Shown piece by piece: positions 39,678-48,849 of a stretch of DNA of 64,000 nt. Source of the stretch: Myxococcota bacterium (GTDB lineage Bacteria > Myxococcota_A > UBA9160 > SMWR01). Position numbers and translations under genes: made by a program. Location: assembly GCA_030749415.1 (NCBI GenBank), contig JASMKC010000054.1, positions 16,232 to 80,231 on the forward strand, read 5' to 3'. The notes under the pieces are model-generated. The model worked only from the letters and a program-made list of their open reading frames with translations. It did not search any database and had not been told where the DNA came from. Each line of letters opens with the position of its first letter. Position 1 is the stretch's first letter.

Positions 39678-40865
39678 ATGCATCACCGCCCCCGAAACGA
39701 AACCCGCTGGGCCCTGATCGGGCTGGCTTGGATCCTGGCCTCGACCCCCGCGGCCGCCACCCCCCGGGTCGCCCTGCCCGCCCAGGCGCCGGAAGTCCCG
39801 TGGCCCACCCGGCAATGGCCCTCGGGCGCGCTTCCCGCCGACGTCGATCGAGGCCGCTTCGCAGAACTCGTCGAGTTGCTCTTCTCCGACCGGGGGAGCG
39901 GCGGCGTGCGGGACACGCGCGCCCTGCTCGTCGTGCAGGGCGGCCGGCTCGTGTTCGAGCGCTACGCCGAGGGGTTCGGGCCCGGGCAGCGCTTCCATTC
40001 CTGGTCGATGGCGAAAAGCGTGACCCACGCCCTGGTGGGGGTGCTGGTCGCGCAGGGCCGGCTCGACATCGCGGCGCCCGCACCCGTCGCGGGCTGGCAA
40101 CAGCCTGGCGACCCGCGTGCGGCCGTCACCCTCGACGACCTGCTCCACATGAGCTCCGGCCTCGACAACGCCGACGGCTTGGATTCCATGGATTCCTTCG
40201 CCGGACGGGCACTATTCGGACCGGGCAGCCGGGACCCGGCCGCCTACTCCGCGGATGTCCCGGCCGTGTACGAGCCGGGAAGGCACTGGGCCTACTCGAC
40301 GGGAACCACCGCCATCGTCGCGGCCATCGCGGGCCGCGCCATGCAAGGCGGCGCCCGGGAAAAGCTCGCGTTCATGCGCCGGGAGCTCTTCGCACCGATC
40401 GGCATGACGAGCATGCAACCCGAGTTCGCGCTCAGTGGCGATTTCGTGGGCGGCGCCTTCGTCCACGCCACGGCGCGCGACTGGGCGCGCTTCGGCACGC
40501 TCTACCTGCGCGACGGCATCTGGGAGGGCCGGCGCATCCTGCCCGAGGGCTGGGTCGACTACGCCCGCACCCCGGCCCCGGCCGCAAACAACGCAACCTA
40601 CGGCGCTCACTTCTGGCTGAACGAAGATCCGGCCCCGGGGCAGTGGAAGATGCTGCCCGGGGCACCGCCTTCCGTCTTCGCGGCCGAAGGGGCCTCGTTC
40701 CAACTCGTGGCGATGGCCCCGAGCCGCGATCTCGTCCTGGTGCGCCTGGGCGAAGCGCCCTTCGAGAACTTTCCAAAGCTGCGGCGCTGGCTCGGGGAAC
40801 TGATCGCCCTGTTCCCGCCCCGCGCACGGAGCCCCGGCGCCGCCGCAGGGGAACCCGCCCCGTGA
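39678..40865 (+). CDS. Serine hydrolase (beta-lactamase/transpeptidase-like family)
   Basis: ORF of 395 aa with a signal peptide (WALIGLAWILASTPAAA). The S-x-x-K nucleophile motif sits in HSWSMAKSVTHALVG. GGAG lies upstream of ATG 39678. Confidence 0.85.
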   Translation: MHHRPRNETRWALIGLAWILASTPAAATPRVALPAQAPEVPWPTRQWPSGALPADVDRGRFAELVELLFSDRGSGGVRDTRALLVVQGGRLVFERYAEGFGPGQRFHSWSMAKSVTHALVGVLVAQGRLDIAAPAPVAGWQQPGDPRAAVTLDDLLHMSSGLDNADGLDSMDSFAGRALFGPGSRDPAAYSADVPAVYEPGRHWAYSTGTTAIVAAIAGRAMQGGAREKLAFMRRELFAPIGMTSMQPEFALSGDFVGGAFVHATARDWARFGTLYLRDGIWEGRRILPEGWVDYARTPAPAANNATYGAHFWLNEDPAPGQWKMLPGAPPSVFAAEGASFQLVAMAPSRDLVLVRLGEAPFENFPKLRRWLGELIALFPPRARSPGAAAGEPAP

Positions 40866-41167
40866 GCCGCGGCTGGTCCATCGCCCTGGGGAGTCTCGTT
40901 GCCCTCGCCCTCGCCGCTGCCGTTTTCTACGGGCCGAAGCTGCGCGAGGGCGCAAACATGGGAGCGGGGTTCGTGGCCAAGCAGATGTGCTCCTGCCTCT
41001 TCGTCGAGAAACGCCGCTTCGATGCGTGCCGGCCCGACCTGATGGCCGGCACCGAGGTCTTCCGCACCGAGCAAGTCGCGGATCCCCCGGGCGTGCGGGC
41101 CCACCTCCCGTTCGTTGCGGAGCGCACGGCGCTCTTCGATGCGGAGCTGGGCTGCACCCTGCAGTGA
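40862..41167 (+). CDS. Small membrane-anchored hypothetical protein, start overlapping the hydrolase stop
   Basis: GTG 40862 overlaps the TGA of the hydrolase as GTGA. It begins MSRGWSIALGSLVALALAAAVFYG (TM anchor) and contains 4 Cys. The reading is taken from the tail of ORF 39728..41167. Confidence 0.45.
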   Translation: MSRGWSIALGSLVALALAAAVFYGPKLREGANMGAGFVAKQMCSCLFVEKRRFDACRPDLMAGTEVFRTEQVADPPGVRAHLPFVAERTALFDAELGCTLQ

Positions 41168-41404
41168 CCGGAGAAGCCACCCAGGGCGCAGGCGCGTTCT
41201 CGGTTTTCGCCAAGGCGTGCGCTCACCGCGCCTGGGGCCCGGTTGGCTACTGGGCCTGGACGCGGCAACCGGACCTCGCGGCTTCGAAATCGCCCGAACC
41301 CGACCCGCCCACGAACGACTCCAGTACTGGTATTCTGGTGCGTCCTCGCGCTGCGCCAAAGCGGTGCGGAGCGTTTCGAACCCCACTGCGATACGGGAAA
41401 TACC

Positions 41405-43006
41405 GTGCAGATCCGCAAGCTGTTGACGATCTTCTTGTCACTGGGCATCGCGCTCGCTGCAACCAGCGTCGTGATGGCCTTCCTGCTCGAACGGGCCCTG
41501 CTCGAGGTCGAAGACGCGCAGGAGCGGCGGCACGCGTCCTACCTGCTCGCCGACGAGCTGCGCCAGTCGTCCGACGATCTCACCCGCTTCGCGCGCACCT
41601 TCGTGATGAGCGGCGACGAGAACTACAAACGCTACTTCAAAGCGGCCATCGACATCCGAGACGGCAAGCTCGAGCGGCCCGAAGGCTACGAGAGCATCTA
41701 CTGGGATCTCGTAATCGGCGGAGAGCTGCCCGAGCCCAGCAACACCGGCAACCCCACGCCCTCGCTCGAAAGTCGCATGCTGCATTCCGACTTCACCGTC
41801 GAAGAGTTCAGCACGCTCAAGGATTCGCAGAACCGCTCCGACGAGCTCGTCGGACTCGAAAACGTGGCGATGAACGCCGTCGCGGGACGCTTCGACGACG
41901 GGACCGGCGCATTCGAAAAACGCGGAGAGCCCGACAAGGAGCTGGCCGCACAACTGTTGCACGGAGAGCGCTACCACAAGGCCAAGGCGGAGATCATGGC
42001 GCCCATTGGCGCGTTCCTGAAAATGGTGGACACGCGCACCTACGAAACCTTGAACGGATTGAACCGCCGGGCCTACCGGTTGCTGGTGGGCATCCTCGCC
42101 ATCGCCACCGCACTCGTTGCCTGCCTCGGAATCATGACGTGGATCCTGCGACGCAGGCTCATCCAACGGACGCAGACCCTGGTGCAAACCGCCGAACAGG
42201 TCACGGCCGGGAACCTCGATGCGCGCAGCGGCCTGCGGGGGAACGACGAACTCGGCCAGCTCTCGGAATCGATCGACGACATGATCGAGCGGCTCTCGAA
42301 TGCCCTGGGAGATGCCAACGCGCGCACCCAGGAATCGATGGAGCGCAGCGAGGAACTCGACACCGAACGCAAGCGCTCGGACAAGCTGCTGCACAACATC
42401 CTGCCCTCCGTCATCGCCGGCCGCCTGAAGAAAGGCGAGTCCACGATCGCGGAGACCTACCCCGAGGTGACGGTGTTATTCGCCGACATCGTGGGTTTCA
42501 CGCAGCTCTCCGACCGGATCGGGCCGCGGCAGATCGTGAGCATGTTGAACGACGTCTTCGGACGCTTCGACGGGATCGCCGAAAAGCATTCAGTCGAGAA
42601 GATCAAGACCATCGGAGACTGCTACATGGTGGTGGGGGGCGTCCCCGAGCGCAGCGCCACCCATTGCCAGCAGATCGCGGAATTCGGGCTCGACGCCCTG
42701 GCGAGCTTTCGCGAGTACGCGAAGGACTTCGGAGAACCCCTCCAGGTGCGCATAGGCATCCACACGGGAACGGTAGTGGCGGGCGTGGTGGGAACACAGA
42801 AATTTTCCTTCGACCTGTGGGGCGACGTGGTTAACGTTGCGAGCCGGATGGAATCGAGCGGCCTTCCCGACCGCATCCACGTCTCGGACGGCGTCCAGAT
42901 CCGGCTGGCCGACGACTACCAATTCGAAGACCGCGGCATCACGGACCTCAAGGGAAAGGGCACCATGCACACCTGGTTTCTCGAAAGCCGGAGGCACGCC
43001 GAATGA
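41405..43006 (+). CDS. Membrane-bound class III adenylate/guanylate cyclase with periplasmic sensor and HAMP domains
   Basis: ORF 41243..43006 trimmed to GTG 41405 (VQIRKLLTIFLSLGIALAATSVVMAF). It has a second TM segment and a HAMP domain (AEQVTAGNLDARSGLRGNDELGQLSESIDDM). The cyclase core reads VTVLFADIVGFT...KTIGDCYMVVGG...GIHTGTVVAGVVG...DLWGDVVNVASRMES. Confidence 0.9.
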   Translation: MQIRKLLTIFLSLGIALAATSVVMAFLLERALLEVEDAQERRHASYLLADELRQSSDDLTRFARTFVMSGDENYKRYFKAAIDIRDGKLERPEGYESIYWDLVIGGELPEPSNTGNPTPSLESRMLHSDFTVEEFSTLKDSQNRSDELVGLENVAMNAVAGRFDDGTGAFEKRGEPDKELAAQLLHGERYHKAKAEIMAPIGAFLKMVDTRTYETLNGLNRRAYRLLVGILAIATALVACLGIMTWILRRRLIQRTQTLVQTAEQVTAGNLDARSGLRGNDELGQLSESIDDMIERLSNALGDANARTQESMERSEELDTERKRSDKLLHNILPSVIAGRLKKGESTIAETYPEVTVLFADIVGFTQLSDRIGPRQIVSMLNDVFGRFDGIAEKHSVEKIKTIGDCYMVVGGVPERSATHCQQIAEFGLDALASFREYAKDFGEPLQVRIGIHTGTVVAGVVGTQKFSFDLWGDVVNVASRMESSGLPDRIHVSDGVQIRLADDYQFEDRGITDLKGKGTMHTWFLESRRHAE

Positions 43007-43491
43007 GCGCGGGCACACCGGACGCCGAGAAAATCTCTCCCGACGCGTTCCGGGAAGTGCGTGACCGACTCGAAATCACAGACCTCATGCACCGCTACGC
43101 CCAGATGGTCGACTTCCGCGAGTGGGACCGCATCGACTCGGTCTTCACACCCGACGCCACCATCGACTACACGAGCACCGGCGGGAAGAGCGGCCCGGTC
43201 CGCGAGGTCCTCGCCTGGCTGGATCGCGCCCTCGAGCCATGGCCGATCAACCTCCACTTCATCACGAACCTCAGCCTGGAGCTCGACGCGGACCGAGCGC
43301 GGGCGCGCTGCTACTTCAACGCGCCCATGGGCCGGGTCGAAAACGGCGGGGGCCAGCTCGTCATCACCAACGCCGGCTACTACGCAGACGACCTGGTGCG
43401 AACCGACGCCGGCTGGCGGATCGCGCGCCGCCACTGCGAACAGACGCTCATGATCGGACAACTTCCCGAAGGTTACGAAATCCCCGGGTGA
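43003..43491 (+). CDS. NTF2/SnoaL_4-like protein
   Basis: ORF of 162 aa. ATG 43003 overlaps the cyclase stop as ATGA. ITDLMHRYAQMVDFREWDRIDSVFTPDATIDY is typical of the SnoaL_4 family. Confidence 0.75.
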   Translation: MSAGTPDAEKISPDAFREVRDRLEITDLMHRYAQMVDFREWDRIDSVFTPDATIDYTSTGGKSGPVREVLAWLDRALEPWPINLHFITNLSLELDADRARARCYFNAPMGRVENGGGQLVITNAGYYADDLVRTDAGWRIARRHCEQTLMIGQLPEGYEIPG

Positions 43492-43549
43492 TGCTGGCAG
43501 GCCGGAGGCGCGCAACGCGCTGCCTCCCGCAGCGGGCAGGCCCGCCCGG

Positions 43550-43777
43550 TCAACGATTCGCTTCGGTGTCGGCCCAACGCAGCTGGTCTTCCAGGAGCTC
43601 GTTGTTCAGCCCGCCCTTCTGGACGAGCTCTTTCTGACGCGCGATGTCGTCCTTTTCATGGACGGCGGCTTCCTCGTCGAGATCCGTGAGATCGGCCTCG
43701 GTGTAGGTCGTGGTACAGGCCACTGACCCCAAGGCGATGCAAGCGAGCCCCATCAGCATTCGTACAGTGTTCGACAC
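43550..43777 (-). CDS. Small lipoprotein
   Basis: ORF of 75 aa. GTG 43777 is preceded by GGGAGGA. It begins MSNTVRMLMGLACIALGSVAC (lipobox). Confidence 0.6.
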   Translation of the reverse strand: MSNTVRMLMGLACIALGSVACTTTYTEADLTDLDEEAAVHEKDDIARQKELVQKGGLNNELLEDQLRWADTEANR

Positions 43778-43805
43778 TTCCCTGTCCTCCCGGTATGACG
43801 CAGCT

Positions 43806-43976
43806 TCAACTTCCCTTCGACCCGCGGCCCATGTTCATCAGGAGCGAGATCACCAGGGTAAGCACGACGCTCCCGACGATCGAAATGTGGACCGCATAAT
43901 TCAGCTCCTTGAATACGAAATTCAATACGATGAGCAGGGCGACGAAGATGAGCAGGCTCTTGAGACGTCGGTCCAT
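43806..43976 (-). CDS. 56-aa two-helix membrane peptide (below the ORF-track size cutoff)
   Basis: My own translation is MDRRLKSLLIFVALLIVLNFVFKELNYAVHISIVGSVVLTLVISLLMNMGRGSKGS. It lies 28 nt upstream of, and co-directional with, the lipoprotein gene. Its SD is weak. Confidence 0.4.
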   Translation of the reverse strand: MDRRLKSLLIFVALLIVLNFVFKELNYAVHISIVGSVVLTLVISLLMNMGRGSKGS

Positions 43977-44001
43977 GGGAAGAGCCTACCATTCCCGGCT
44001 T

Positions 44002-44604
44002 TCATTCGGCGCGCAGCGCGGCCAGGAGGCTTCGAATCAGGCGCCCGGCCTCGCGCCGGGCGGCAGGCCCGTCGTCGGCTTCGGCCACCGAGGCGGCCAA
44101 CTCGCCGGTCAGCGAACTCAGGACGCGGGCCACCATCTCGGGCGAGCCGGGGTCCATCACCCCGGAAGCCATGAAGGCCGCGACGGCCTCCCGCAAGCGG
44201 CCAAGCGAGTAGCGGTCCATGATGGCGCGCCATTCGGTGGCGCTCAGCACGGTGCGGGCGTCGCGCAGCGCGATCCGCTGGAAATCCGCTGCGAGGCCCG
44301 CATCCAGGGTCGCGCCAATGGCGGCCTCGAGCCCCTGCCAGGAACCGCCATACCCACTGCCGATGGCCGTGGCCCGCTCCATCGACTCCGCCTCCAGGGC
44401 ATCGAAGACGGCCCGAAACAGGCCGCGCTTGCTGCCGAAGTGGTGGTAGAGAGCACCGGTCGTGACCCCGGCTCGAGCGGCGATCTGCTCTATGCCGACC
44501 GCTGCAAACCCTTGTTTCCCGAAGAGCTCCCGCGCCGTCTCCAACAGGGCGTCGCGGGTCGCGCAGGCGTTTTCCTCGCGTCGGGTGGGGGGAGTTTCCA
44601 GCAT
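44002..44604 (-). CDS. TetR-family transcriptional regulator
   Basis: ORF of 200 aa with the N-terminal HTH TRDALLETARELFGKQGFAAVGIEQIAARAGVTTGALYHHFGSKRGLF. Confidence 0.9.
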   Translation of the reverse strand: MLETPPTRREENACATRDALLETARELFGKQGFAAVGIEQIAARAGVTTGALYHHFGSKRGLFRAVFDALEAESMERATAIGSGYGGSWQGLEAAIGATLDAGLAADFQRIALRDARTVLSATEWRAIMDRYSLGRLREAVAAFMASGVMDPGSPEMVARVLSSLTGELAASVAEADDGPAARREAGRLIRSLLAALRAE

Positions 44605-44635
44605 ACCCAGAAGCTAGCAGGCATAGAAACACTAT

Positions 44636-44658
44636 GTTACATAGAATTTCTATGTAAC
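44636..44658. promoter_or_regulatory. Candidate TetR operator: 11-1-11 perfect palindrome
   Basis: gttacatagaa-t-ttctatgtaac lies in the 76-bp divergent intergenic region between tetR (44604) and ORF 44681. It contains a -10-like TAGAAT. Confidence 0.6.
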
Positions 44659-44680
44659 CAGAAACCCTGGGAGATTCCCC

Positions 44681-44983
44681 ATGCATGCCCCCCAGTGGAT
44701 CGCCGCTCTTGTCCTGCTCACGATCGGATCCGCAACCGTCTGGGCTTTCAGGCGCAGCCCGGGCTGGGGCTTCGCCGAGGAATTCGGGTCCATCTGGACC
44801 CTGCCGTGGGGCAGACAAGTCGTGCTCGACTTCTTTGGACTCGAAGTCGTGCTCGCTCTGTTCATGGTGAGCCATGCCGCCGGGAGCGGAACCTGGCTCG
44901 CGCTGATCGTGTGCCTGGCGCTGATGCCCATCTTCGGCTCGAGCGCGGCGGCGGCCTACTGGCTGCTGGCCGTCACGCCCTGA
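44681..44983 (+). CDS. Small three-helix membrane protein
   Basis: ORF of 100 aa, hydrophobic, divergent from tetR. GGGAGA lies upstream of the ATG. Its 3' end overlaps the convergent oxidoreductase gene by 28 nt. Confidence 0.6.
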   Translation: MHAPQWIAALVLLTIGSATVWAFRRSPGWGFAEEFGSIWTLPWGRQVVLDFFGLEVVLALFMVSHAAGSGTWLALIVCLALMPIFGSSAAAAYWLLAVTP

Positions 44984-47166
44984 TCTGAGCCGCCGGGGCC
45001 CGAAGCCCCGCGCAGACGCCGGATGTCGACCGGAATGCCCGAGAGGTGCGACATGCCCGAGAGCTTTTCGATGTTCTCGTAGCCATCGCCCGCGAGGAGA
45101 TTCGAGTTCACGCCGGGATGCTGGCGGGCGTGGGAGAGCCCGTCGGCCTTCTCGTGCCCCCAGCACTGCGGGATCGCCACGGTGCGGGGCATCATTTCGT
45201 CGGTCACGCGCACGGGTATTTCGATCCGGCCGAAGGCGGAGACCACCTCGACCACGTCCCCGTCGCCAACTCCGATCCGCTGCGCATCGGCGACGCTCAT
45301 GTACGCATAGTTCGTGGCCTCACTCACCAGCCGCTCGCAGTTTGCCGACGAGGTATTCAGGCGCCGCATCTCCCGCTTCCCGACCAGCTTGATCCGGTCG
45401 CGGCTCGCGATCTCCCGGCGATGGAGCGAAGCGGCCGTGTCCTCGAAGGTCTTCACGTAGGGCTCGGGCGCCAGGTCGACCTTCCCCTCGCCGGTCAGCA
45501 CCCGGTCGGTGCCGAGAAAGTTGCCGCCCGGGTTCTCGGGCAGCAGGATGCCGTGCGGGTGCTCGGCCGCGAACTTCCGCGTCCCCGGCAGGCCCGCCTT
45601 TTTCAGCATCCCGTCGAGGAGCTTTGCCGGACCCACCGCGATTCGATCCAGCCGCGAATACGCGAGGCGTGCGTTGAGTTTCGCCGCGAGGCTCAGCAGC
45701 CTGTTGTCGAAGAGCGTCACACCCAGGTGAGCTGCCAGGCGCGTGTAGATCCACCACTCGTGGCGAACGCCCGGAGGCGGGTCGACGACCGCGTCGGCGT
45801 AGATCATGTAGGGCTTCGGGGTGCAGGCCGCGAAGCTCTGGAGCGCGTACGGAATCTCCGGCCGTTCCAGCCACGTCGGCGCGGGCAACACGTACTCCGC
45901 GAGGTTCCCGGTCTCGTTGCGAAGGAGATCGACACTCACCAGCAGGTCGAGGCCCGCCAACGCCCGGTCGAGACGCCCGTCCGGATTGCTGCAGGCGAGC
46001 AGCGGGTTGCTGGCTTCGACGATGAGCCCTCTCACCCGGCCCGACAGAATGTCGTCCGCCAGCATCCCGGAGGGCTGCTGCCCGGAAACGGTCGGCAAGT
46101 CGTCGTCGCGGTGGAAGGACGTCTGCATCTGCGGGTCGTCCTTGACCTGCTTCGCCATGTCGAACAGGCCCTCGCCCATGAGCGTCCCGCCCCGGCGGTC
46201 GAGGTTCCCCGAGATCGCGTTGATGCACTCGAGCAGCCAGAAGCAGAGCGTTCCGCTGCGGCCCTGGTTGACGCCCGTCGCCATGTAGAGCGCGGCGCCG
46301 TCCGCCGCCGTGTGGCTGCGCACCAGCTCGCGCAGGGTCTCGGCCGAAATGCCGGTCGCCTCGGCCTGACGCTCGGGGCTCCAGCCCGCCACGGCGCCGC
46401 GCAGGGTTTCGAAGCCCGTCATGCTGCGGTCGACCCGGGTGCGATCGACATGGCCCTGCCGAATCAGCTCGTTGCAGAACGCCGCCAGGAAGAAGACGTC
46501 CGTGTCCGGCCGGATGAAGACGTGCTCGCCAACCTGCGCCGTTTCGATGCGGCGCGGGTTCACGAAGACGGCGCGGCCGCCGCGCTTCACCACCGCCTGG
46601 AAGCGGCCCCGGGCCCCCGGCAGGTGGAAGAGCGTGGTCCCCGAAATCGCGGGGTTCGCACCGAGCACCATCACGAAGCCCGCCCGGTCGATGTCCGGAT
46701 AGGCCAGGCGCATGGGCGAGCCGTACATGTCCTCGTTCACCCGGAACTTGTTCATCGTGTCGCAGGTGCCTGTGCCGTACATGCGGTTCGAGCCGAGCGC
46801 GGCAAAGAGCGCGCCGCGAAACAGCGGTGCCAGAACGTTCGCGCCGCCAGCGGAGCCCACGAAATGGCCCATGGCCTGGGGCCCGTGGGTGTCCACGATG
46901 CGCCGCATCTTCTCGGCGATGTCGCGGAGCGCCCCGTCCCAGGCCACCGGCTTCCAGCCGGAGCGCGTGCGCCGGATCGGCTGCAGCACCCGGTCCGGGC
47001 TGTGCTGCACGGAAGCGAAAGACGTGCCCTTCACGCAGGCATAGCCCTGACTCACCACGTGCTGCGGGTCCGGACGGATATCGACCACCCGGTTCGCCTC
47101 GACATCCACCTCGAGGCCGCAGGTCGCTTCGCAAATGCGGCAGAACGTGATGTGGGTTGCAGCCAT
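44956..47166 (-). CDS. Molybdopterin-dependent oxidoreductase (MopB superfamily, formate-dehydrogenase-like)
   Basis: ORF of 736 aa. The N-terminal Fe-S motif is FCRICEATCGLEV...ACVKG. The molybdopterin and C-terminal dinucleotide-binding regions are colinear with the family. Confidence 0.9.
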   Translation of the reverse strand: MAATHITFCRICEATCGLEVDVEANRVVDIRPDPQHVVSQGYACVKGTSFASVQHSPDRVLQPIRRTRSGWKPVAWDGALRDIAEKMRRIVDTHGPQAMGHFVGSAGGANVLAPLFRGALFAALGSNRMYGTGTCDTMNKFRVNEDMYGSPMRLAYPDIDRAGFVMVLGANPAISGTTLFHLPGARGRFQAVVKRGGRAVFVNPRRIETAQVGEHVFIRPDTDVFFLAAFCNELIRQGHVDRTRVDRSMTGFETLRGAVAGWSPERQAEATGISAETLRELVRSHTAADGAALYMATGVNQGRSGTLCFWLLECINAISGNLDRRGGTLMGEGLFDMAKQVKDDPQMQTSFHRDDDLPTVSGQQPSGMLADDILSGRVRGLIVEASNPLLACSNPDGRLDRALAGLDLLVSVDLLRNETGNLAEYVLPAPTWLERPEIPYALQSFAACTPKPYMIYADAVVDPPPGVRHEWWIYTRLAAHLGVTLFDNRLLSLAAKLNARLAYSRLDRIAVGPAKLLDGMLKKAGLPGTRKFAAEHPHGILLPENPGGNFLGTDRVLTGEGKVDLAPEPYVKTFEDTAASLHRREIASRDRIKLVGKREMRRLNTSSANCERLVSEATNYAYMSVADAQRIGVGDGDVVEVVSAFGRIEIPVRVTDEMMPRTVAIPQCWGHEKADGLSHARQHPGVNSNLLAGDGYENIEKLSGMSHLSGIPVDIRRLRGASGPGGSDQGVTASSQ

Positions 47167-47211
47167 GGTGGCTCTCGGTGTGCGGCTCCGCCCGACGGCC
47201 GCATCTGCATC

Positions 47212-47808
47212 TCAGGCCGGCTGGTCCGCCGGGGTCCCGGGGCCGCTGCCGGAGCGAGCCGCCAGGGCGAGGAGAACCATCGCCCAGCCGTTGAAGACCA
47301 GTTCGATGGCGATGAACATGCCAATCACGAAGAATGAAGACCCGGGCCATTCCACGGCGATCATGGCGCCCAGACCCACGGCCACCGCTCCGCCGAAGAG
47401 CATCCAACCCCAGCCCTTGTGATCCCGGTGGTGCAGAGCCACCCAGATACGGGCCGCCCCGGCGACGAAGATGGCGGCCGCCAGGAAGAGGGTGAAAAAG
47501 CTCGAAGCCAGCAGCGGATCCATGACCACGACGATGCCGGCGACGATATGGACCGCCGAGATGATCAGCTGCCAGCCGATGCTCTTCCAGCCGCGACACT
47601 TGAAGACCTGGAAGATCTCCACCACCCCGGCGATCAGCAGCAACCAACCGAAGAATTCGACACCGATGAGCGTGAGCGCGAAGCAATAGCCGAGGCCCAC
47701 GAACCCCAGTACCAGGGAGACCAGGCCCAGCGCCAGGAGCCAGCCCCAGTTCTTCCGAACCTCGCCGAAGAGCGCCTCGGGTGTGATAGCAGGGGTCGGC
47801 ATGAGCAC
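47212..47808 (-). CDS. HdeD/DUF308-family membrane protein
   Basis: ORF of 198 aa with six hydrophobic helices. NWGWLLALGLVSLVLGFVGL and the repeated DUF308-type segments fit the family. Confidence 0.8.
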   Translation of the reverse strand: MLMPTPAITPEALFGEVRKNWGWLLALGLVSLVLGFVGLGYCFALTLIGVEFFGWLLLIAGVVEIFQVFKCRGWKSIGWQLIISAVHIVAGIVVVMDPLLASSFFTLFLAAAIFVAGAARIWVALHHRDHKGWGWMLFGGAVAVGLGAMIAVEWPGSSFFVIGMFIAIELVFNGWAMVLLALAARSGSGPGTPADQPA

Positions 47809-47924
47809 CTCCTCTTCTTTCCCAGGGCCTTCTTACCCGAGCCGCGGCCGCGATGCAAAGCAGCGGGCCGCGGGAATCGACGTGCGCGAAGCCCTAGACT
47901 CCCACGACATCGAACGGACAGCAC

Positions 47925-48743
47925 ATGGTCTTCACCTGGCTTCAAAACAGGCGCCGCCGCCAGCGGCTCAGCGAACCCTTTCCGCCGGCGTGGAACGGCA
48001 TCATCGAACGCAACATCGCTCACGACGCGGATCTCGACGCGGACGAGCGCGCGCGCCTGCGCGAGTTCATCCAGATCTTCATCGGCGAGAAGAGCTGGGA
48101 GGGCTGCGGCGGCCTCGAAATGACCGACGAAATCCGGGTCACCATCGCGGCACAGGCCGGGCTGCTCGTTCTCGGGATCCCGCACGAATACTACAGCAAC
48201 GTGAGGTCGATCCTCGTCTACCCGACGACGGTGGTCACGCCCAAGCGAGCGCCCGGCGTGTTCGAGATGCCGACCGGACCCGTCGCCTCGGGGGTTCCGA
48301 TCCTGGGTGAGGCGCAGCTTCGCGGCCCGGTGATCCTGGTCTGGGACGCCGTGAAACGCAACGCGCGTCATCCCGAGCAGGGTCATGACGTCGTCTACCA
48401 CGAGTTCGCCCACAAGCTCGACATGCTGGACGGATCCGTGGACGGGACGCCGCCGCTCGGGAGCCGCGAGGAAATCCGCCGCTGGGCCGAGGTCTGCGAA
48501 CGCGAGTTCAACGACCTGCGCTCGCGCGTCACGCGGGGAAAGGCAACCTTTCTCGACCAGTACGGCGCGACCAACGAAGCGGAGTTCTTCGCCGTCGCCA
48601 CCGAGTTCTTCTTCGACAAGCCGAGCGCCATGAAGCGCCACGAACCGGAACTCTACGAGCTGCTGCAGAATTTCTATGCTCAGGACACCGCCGCGAGGGC
48701 TTCCCGGCAGCTCGAAGACTCCCACCCGGGCACTTCCAGCTGA
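47925..48743 (+). CDS. mtfA: MtfA-like zinc peptidase (M90 family)
   Basis: ORF of 272 aa. The HExxH motif sits in VVYHEFAHKLD, and NEAEFFAVATEFFFDKP is typical of MtfA/DUF980. Confidence 0.85.
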   Translation: MVFTWLQNRRRRQRLSEPFPPAWNGIIERNIAHDADLDADERARLREFIQIFIGEKSWEGCGGLEMTDEIRVTIAAQAGLLVLGIPHEYYSNVRSILVYPTTVVTPKRAPGVFEMPTGPVASGVPILGEAQLRGPVILVWDAVKRNARHPEQGHDVVYHEFAHKLDMLDGSVDGTPPLGSREEIRRWAEVCEREFNDLRSRVTRGKATFLDQYGATNEAEFFAVATEFFFDKPSAMKRHEPELYELLQNFYAQDTAARASRQLEDSHPGTSS

Positions 48744-48849
48744 CGTCGCGACGCGAAGCGCCCCGCGAACGACGCCAGCAGTGAGTTCCCCGCGAATGGC
48801 GCCCACAGCGGCTCCCCCGCGAACGACGCCGACGGGTTAGAATCGCCGC

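Noticed and set aside
40987-42834. 615-aa plus-strand ORF across the cyclase gene
   Set aside because: It is out of frame with the HAMP-cyclase ORF, which has canonical class III motifs. The composition is Arg/Pro/Gly-rich. The same applies to 48990..50816 (+) over the histidine kinase and to 4908..6461 (+) and 4813..6162 (-) over the crotonase and DUF1214 genes.
45046-47686. 763-aa (+) and 788-aa (-) ORFs overlapping the molybdopterin oxidoreductase
   Set aside because: The 44956..47166 minus-strand frame carries the CxxCxxxC Fe-S motif and is colinear with the MopB family. The other two frames are Arg/Pro/Gly-rich shadows.
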